This document shows positions 59,377-64,000 of a stretch of DNA of 64,000 nucleotides, in pieces. The notes beneath the pieces are model-generated. The model saw nothing but the letters and a program-made list of their open reading frames with translations, ran no database searches and had not been told where the DNA came from. This stretch comes from a virus, in the IMG/VR virus record IMGVR_UViG_3300032291_003663, positions 1-64,000 of that record. One strand, written 5' to 3'. Position 1 is the stretch's first letter, and every line of letters begins with the position of its first letter. The position numbers were made by a program, and so were the translations under genes.

Positions 59377-59562
59377 ATGGAAACGGATTTAAAAAGACTA
59401 TTGCAAACAGCAACTAATTATGGTAATGAACAAGGATATATTACTCATGATGAGGTATCAAATTTATGTAATGGCGATGTAGAATTAACCGAATGGGTTG
59501 TTAACCATCTTAAAAGATTAAAGAAAAACAACGCAATTCAGTTTGAGCTTGATCTTGTGTAA
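59377..59562 (+). CDS. Sigma70 region 1.1-like miniprotein
   Basis: LKRLL...GNEQGYITHDEV resembles RpoD 1.1 LKLL...GKEQGYLTYAEV. Confidence 0.45.
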   Translation: METDLKRLLQTATNYGNEQGYITHDEVSNLCNGDVELTEWVVNHLKRLKKNNAIQFELDLV

Positions 59563-59606
59563 CCAAGTTTTTATTTGTATATTCATTTAAACAAAAAATA
59601 AAGGTT

Positions 59607-59786
59607 ATGACTAAACAAGAAGCATTACAATTAGTACTTGATCAGATTAAGGAATATGGTTACATTAGTGAGGATGGTATTTTGGATGTGTGTGATGAGG
59701 AAATGAAGTTAGTTAGTTTTGTTCATAAGCAGCTAGCGAAAATGGTTGAAAATGGTGAGTTGAGTGATGATGAATATGGTAAATAA
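59607..59786 (+). CDS. 59-aa acidic paralog of 59377
   Basis: MTKQEALQLVLDQIKEYGYISEDGILDVCDEEMKLVSFVHKQLAKMVENGELSDDEYGK; own promoter; not in the ORF track. Confidence 0.65.
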   Translation: MTKQEALQLVLDQIKEYGYISEDGILDVCDEEMKLVSFVHKQLAKMVENGELSDDEYGK

Positions 59787-59824
59787 ACCAAATAATTTTT
59801 TATACATTTAAATAAATAAAGGTT

Positions 59825-61653
59825 ATGACTCAATTTGAAGAAAACAACCCAGAACAACTTAAGGAATTTACTCGTCAACTTAGAATACTAATGGATGATT
59901 TTCATCCAAACTTATATACAATTGATGGTGTATGGGAAGGTGCCGCTAAAATAGAACAAGCGATTAAAGAAGTATTAGAAGGAGCCAATAATGGATAACT
60001 ACAACACATCAGGTGATAATTTAGGATTAAGGGTAGTATTGTTTTTAATATTCACAGCATTAAAGCTAACACACTACATAGGTTGGAGTTGGATAGCGAT
60101 AACGTCTCCGTTGTGGATACCTCTAGTTATGATTATATTTTTAGCGTTGATTCACAATATTTTCAAGCAATAGGAAACGTAATTTTTGTTTGTACATTTA
60201 ATTAAATAAATTAATATGTTAACAGAACATCAAAGTGAATTGTTTAGTAAATTAATAGATGCAAGTTGGGAAGCAGACAACACAGCTAATTCACCGCTTA
60301 CAAGGGATTTGGCGCGCAATGAATTTTGGCGATTAAAGAAAGAATTGATGAATGATATGGGTACGGAAGCGTACCTTTTGTTTGTGGCACGAGGTAAACA
60401 GATGTTTGCTTAGATGAAACCAAATAATTTTTTTATACATTTAATTAAATAAATAAAGGTTATGCAAGACATTAAGTATCCAATCGGTTTCGAAATTTTC
60501 AAGTTAGAGGAAAATAAAGAAGAGTACACTGTTACAGGTACTATAGCTAAAGCATATCGATTTAGAGATTTCGATAGCGCCTATGACCTTGAAAAATACA
60601 TTCAGAAGCACATAGACTGTTCAGGTATTGATTTCGACTCAGAGTATTGTCAGTTTTTTGCTTATACTAAAACTATTGAGCGAGCAAAGCAATTTGTTAA
60701 TGATATAACTGCTTGGGTAGAGAAGGTAAAGGAATTAGTAAGTTAATAATAAGGGCAAAGTAACAATCATACATTCATATAAATTAATAAGTTATGAAAT
60801 ACGAAATAACAGATCAAGTCACATACAGAACAATATATTTTACTATTGAAGCGGATGATGGTAAAGTATATAATGTAAGTGTTGCAGAAGAAAATGAATG
60901 GAAAGATAATTGGAGAATAATGGATGAAGATGGTAATGAAATAAATGACAACTCAGAATTGTATGATGCCTTAGTTGCGTTATGTAAAGAAAGTATAAGT
61001 AAGTAATTTTTTGTTACCAAACTATTTGTGTATATTTAGTTAAATAAAAAATAAAAGTTATGAAAATTAAAGAAATACAAGACGGAATAGTAAATAACTT
61101 AGGGTACTTATATTCAAGTACACCAACATTTGCTTCGGACATACGTAAGTGTACTAGTTTACTTGAATTAGTAGTAATGTTAGGTCAATACGGATATGAT
61201 AAACAAGGCGCAATTGGTGTATTAGATGGTGTAATAGTAACTAACGAATAATTAAATAAATAAAGGTTATGGCAAACATGAGTTATTGTAGATTTGAGAA
61301 CACGCTTAGTGATCTTTTGGATTGTTTTAATAACATGGATAGCGGTGATTTAAGCGCGAGGGAATTTGCTAAACGCAAACAAATGATTAAAGTATGTATG
61401 TCGATTGCTTGCGACTATGCCGATCTTTTAGAAGAAGAATTTGTTGATGACGAAGATTAAAAACACAACGGTACCTCATGTCGGGGACACAATTGAACTA
61501 CCTGACGAATCGCTACGTAAAGTAATTAGAGTAGACGATAACGGACTAATTTGGTACGGATTGCCATATGGGGTAGGACAAACGATAACGAGCAGTATTG
61601 TACGGGTGATTAGAATAAATGGAAATAATATGATAACGAATAACCCAGCATAA
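59825..61653 (+). CDS. Early-region small genes (59825-59998, 59991, 60216, 60462, 60794, 61060, 61269, 61441)
   Basis: Short ORFs with repeated promoter/leader cassettes. Confidence 0.65.
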
Positions 61654-61731
61654 ATGAATTTTTTTCTCACGCGTTTTTTTGTTACGGCGATAAAAGCAAA
61701 CAGAAACATAACGTTACATAGAAGTGATAAC

Positions 61732-61797
61732 ACGGGTAAACGTGTGACGACGAACAGTGATGAACGGGTAGACGGAAAAACGGGTAAACGGGTAGAT
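61732..61797. repeat. Four copies of ACGGGTARA(C/T)
   Basis: Copies at 61732, 61764, 61780 and 61788 in a non-coding stretch. Confidence 0.7.
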
Positions 61798-61890
61798 AAT
61801 AGGCTGGATATGTTACGTAAAGAATAACGTAAATACCGTGTGTTTTTTGTTTCGACAACGTACACATACGGCGAGAGGTAATTAAAATTT

Positions 61891-61924
61891 GCGCGCTAAT
61901 ATTAACGATTATGCGCGTTTTTTT
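61891..61924 (+). terminator. Hairpin plus T-tract
   Basis: CGCGC-TAAT...ATTA-T-GCGCG followed by T7. Confidence 0.45.
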
Positions 61925-62310
61925 GTCGTATGGGTGTAGAGTAAAGTGGGTAAAACAAGATATAAGTATATCAAAACATAGGCATATCGGTATTTTTTTA
62001 TGTGTGGATATGTAATGGTATGTGGAACGCTTTGAGGGTATGGGTATTGTGATATTATGTTGTGATGCAAATATTCAACCCAACACTACTAAAACACTTC
62101 GAACATTTTTGTATATACAACGTTTCATTTTTTGTTTGTTGCTTTTTTGTTGTATTCATTTGGAACCGTAGTTTTGTTTTCGTTTTTTATCGTCCGATTA
62201 TATATTTTTTTTTGTTTTAATTATAAACAAAATTGGAACCCGAAAAAAACGTCGTATATTTAATTGTTAATTTGATTTGATAATATAAATTTTTAAAAAC
62301 AAAAAAGGTT

Positions 62311-62577
62311 ATGGAAACAATGATTCAAGCAACAGCAGAAACAAAGCAAAGGGGACGTAAAGTAAACCCGAACAGTGTTCGTCAATTGAAATTTCAAATG
62401 AGAGAAACACTTGCAGAACAAGGATTAATGGTTCAACGGGGTAGAAAACCAAACGAAACGAGTGCACGTCAACAACGACTTGCAGTGTTTGCAGAACGAA
62501 TTGCAAACGGAGAAGTTGTTAAACGTGGACGTCCGAAGAAAGTAGCTATTGAAACAACTTTGTTCATAGCTGAATAG
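62311..62577 (+). CDS. Small basic DNA-binding protein with three AT-hook-like motifs
   Basis: QRGRKVNPNSVRQ / QRGRKPNETSARQ / KRGRPKK; promoter at 62232-62262. Confidence 0.7.
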   Translation: METMIQATAETKQRGRKVNPNSVRQLKFQMRETLAEQGLMVQRGRKPNETSARQQRLAVFAERIANGEVVKRGRPKKVAIETTLFIAE

Positions 62578-62600
62578 CTGATAATTAGGGGTTATTAGCG

Positions 62601-62629
62601 AGACCTGACTCAAATGAGTTGGGTCTTTT
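62601..62629 (+). terminator. Intrinsic terminator
   Basis: AGACCTGACTC-AAAT-GAGTTGGGTCT-TTT. Confidence 0.75.
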
Positions 62630-62644
62630 CTTGTCTAGGATGTA

Positions 62645-62805
62645 TTTGGGGAACTCAATTCTTATAAGTATCTTTATACCAATTTTATTTGTGTCATAGA
62701 CATAAAGACGTCTTAAGCAGCCTACCTCTGATCTCTTCACCTGTTTCATTAGGCGCCTATCCAAATCGATAATGTAAACGTACGAACAAGAATTGGGTTT
62801 ACAAA
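62645..62805. promoter_or_regulatory. Convergent pair of class-1 promoters forming imperfect inverted repeats
   Basis: Plus strand TTTGGGGAACTCAATTCTTATAAG-TATCTTTA; minus strand TTTGTAAACCCAATTCTTGTTCG-TACGTTTA. Confidence 0.55.
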
Positions 62806-62865
62806 CAAGTTCTCAATTTGAAACCATGTTTTTATCACGTACATTTATGTTATAAAAATTATAAT

Positions 62866-63866
62866 ATGGAAAATAAAACACCATTAAACCATAACGGCTA
62901 CATAGAAGTGATGGGAGACAAATTCGATTATGCTATGGTTTTACTAACAAATGCATGGTTTGAATGGAAAAATGGACCATTAACAGAAAGTAGTGATATT
63001 GAACTAGCAAAGGAAGACATAATAGATCATATTAGGACAATCATTTATTAACCTAATTATGTTGTGTACATTTATGTTATAAAATTAAAAATTATGTATA
63101 GTTTAAAATGCAGTTATTACACAAAGCAATTTTCATCAATTGATGAATTAGTTAACGATGTTATTGTTAGTGGGATGGATCCCAACTATGAAATTACATT
63201 TAACGGTGAAGGTATGGATGAAGAGGTAATTGATTATATCCAGTTCTGATGGTGTTCATTTATTAACTCAGTTTTGTTATATACATTTATTTAAATAAAA
63301 TTATAAATTATGAAAGTAACAGATTTAAAATCGAATTACAGTATTTTTGGAAACAAGGGTAATGTATGGAACAACACAGCTCACATTTACAAGTCAGGTG
63401 AAGGTATATTATGTGGCACACCGGCTCTAAGTAGTAATTGGGCTCGTATTGAAAATGTTGAACATATAGGATGTCCGACATGTTTAGAAAAGTATAAAAA
63501 GGAACAATTGACAGAAGTATTAGGTGCGGCATTTATTTAAGATGACATTCCGTTATTAACTCGATTTTATTATGTACATTTATTTAAACAAAAATTAAAT
63601 TTATGAAAGTAAAAGAATTAATGGAACAACTAAGTACATTTGACCCGGAAACAGAGGTAATATGTTCGTATGTTGACCACACAGATTACACCTACAAGTT
63701 ACCAGTTGCTGCTCTTGTTTTAGACAGTCCGTATGATTCGAATGGTTATTCAGGTATTGATGGAACAGAAATTGATGAAGATGGTTATGATGACCATTGG
63801 GATGAAGAAGGTGAGTATATTGGACCTAATAAAGCATTGGTTATTGTATTGGACGGTGTAGAATAA
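62866..63866 (+). CDS. Four early small genes (62866-63051, 63094-63249, 63310-63540 Zn-finger, 63603-63866)
   Basis: Each has its own TACATTTA promoter (62840, 63067, 63282, 63575); the first two starts were moved downstream of the promoters. Confidence 0.7.
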
Positions 63867-63873
63867 AAAAAAT

Positions 63874-63901
63874 TGAAGCGTCTCAGAAATGAGGCGCTTC
63901 A
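63874..63901. terminator. GNRA hairpin
   Basis: TGAAGCGTCTCA-GAAA-TGAGGCGCTTCA, preceded by an A-tract. Confidence 0.7.
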
Positions 63902-63973
63902 TTTGTTAACCCAATTTCGATTTGTATATTTACACTGTTAAAATAATTTATTAAAAATTAAAATTTAAAGTTT

Positions 63974-64000
63974 ATGACAAAAGAACAATTGTTAGAGAAA
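63974..64000 (+). CDS. Start of a further ORF (MTKEQLLEK...), partial
   Basis: Promoter at 63902-63932 and AAAGTTTATG start context. Confidence 0.55.

Noticed and set aside
61476-61867. Minus-strand ORFs across the repeat region
   Set aside because: They translate the ACGGGTA repeats (TRLPV, YP) and have no promoter or leader; a non-coding interpretation is preferred.
61430-62729. Apparent absence of GATC near the putative origin/terminus
   Set aside because: The stretch is too short to be significant by eye; it needs a genome-wide k-mer test.
130-63532. Minus-strand and alternate-frame ORFs in the track (e.g. 130, 1754, 8814, 25101, 25449, 45283, 6740, 11846, 27875)
   Set aside because: They lie within convincing + strand genes and lack motifs or promoters; they are shadows of the coding strand.
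1-64000. CRISPR array or cas operon (prompted by the Cas4-like gene)
   Set aside because: No regularly spaced direct repeats were seen; the nuclease sits among replication genes.
1-64000. Stop-codon reassignment, inteins or introns
   Set aside because: Conserved genes (PolB, GroEL, RFC, FolE) are full length and uninterrupted in the standard code, and TAA, TAG and TGA all end genes.

Overview
Fragment of a large, AT-rich lytic dsDNA phage genome, almost all coded on the + strand. The host is very likely a Bacteroidota member: promoters resemble TTTG-N19/20-TAnnTTT(G/A), signal peptides are cleaved before Gln, a DUF4494-like gene is present and the tmRNA tag ends in YALAA. Contents in order: (i) the 3' end of a queE-like gene plus glycan genes; (ii) a lysis/envelope cassette with a GH19 endolysin, holin-like proteins, a 4-helix-bundle sensor-like membrane protein, a beta-barrel and a lipoprotein; (iii) folE-PRTase-iscU-iscA-queD-dUTPase/dCTP deaminase; (iv) about 25 soluble glycosyl-, methyl- and carbamoyltransferase and sugar-pathway genes (about 27 kb) with no flippase or polymerase, including a tandem pair of GT60/Gnt1-like protein GlcNAc-transferases; (v) a T4-like replication module (PolB, clamp, clamp loader, Cas4-like nuclease) interleaved with GroES/GroEL; (vi) an RNA island at 46.1-48.1 kb holding a tmRNA with a 23-aa tag, tRNA-Leu(UAA), and three tRNA-like RNAs with intact acceptor/T arms but rebuilt D, anticodon or variable arms, alternating with three unexplained structured RNAs; (vii) an early region of tiny genes, most with their own copy of one promoter motif, including two sigma70-region-1.1-like miniproteins, an origin/terminus-like non-coding stretch and an AT-hook protein. 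Best candidates for undescribed systems: the tRNA-like/ncRNA array, the flippase-free protein or virion glycosylation machinery, and the sigma-1.1 mimics. All family calls come from motifs read by eye, not from database searches.
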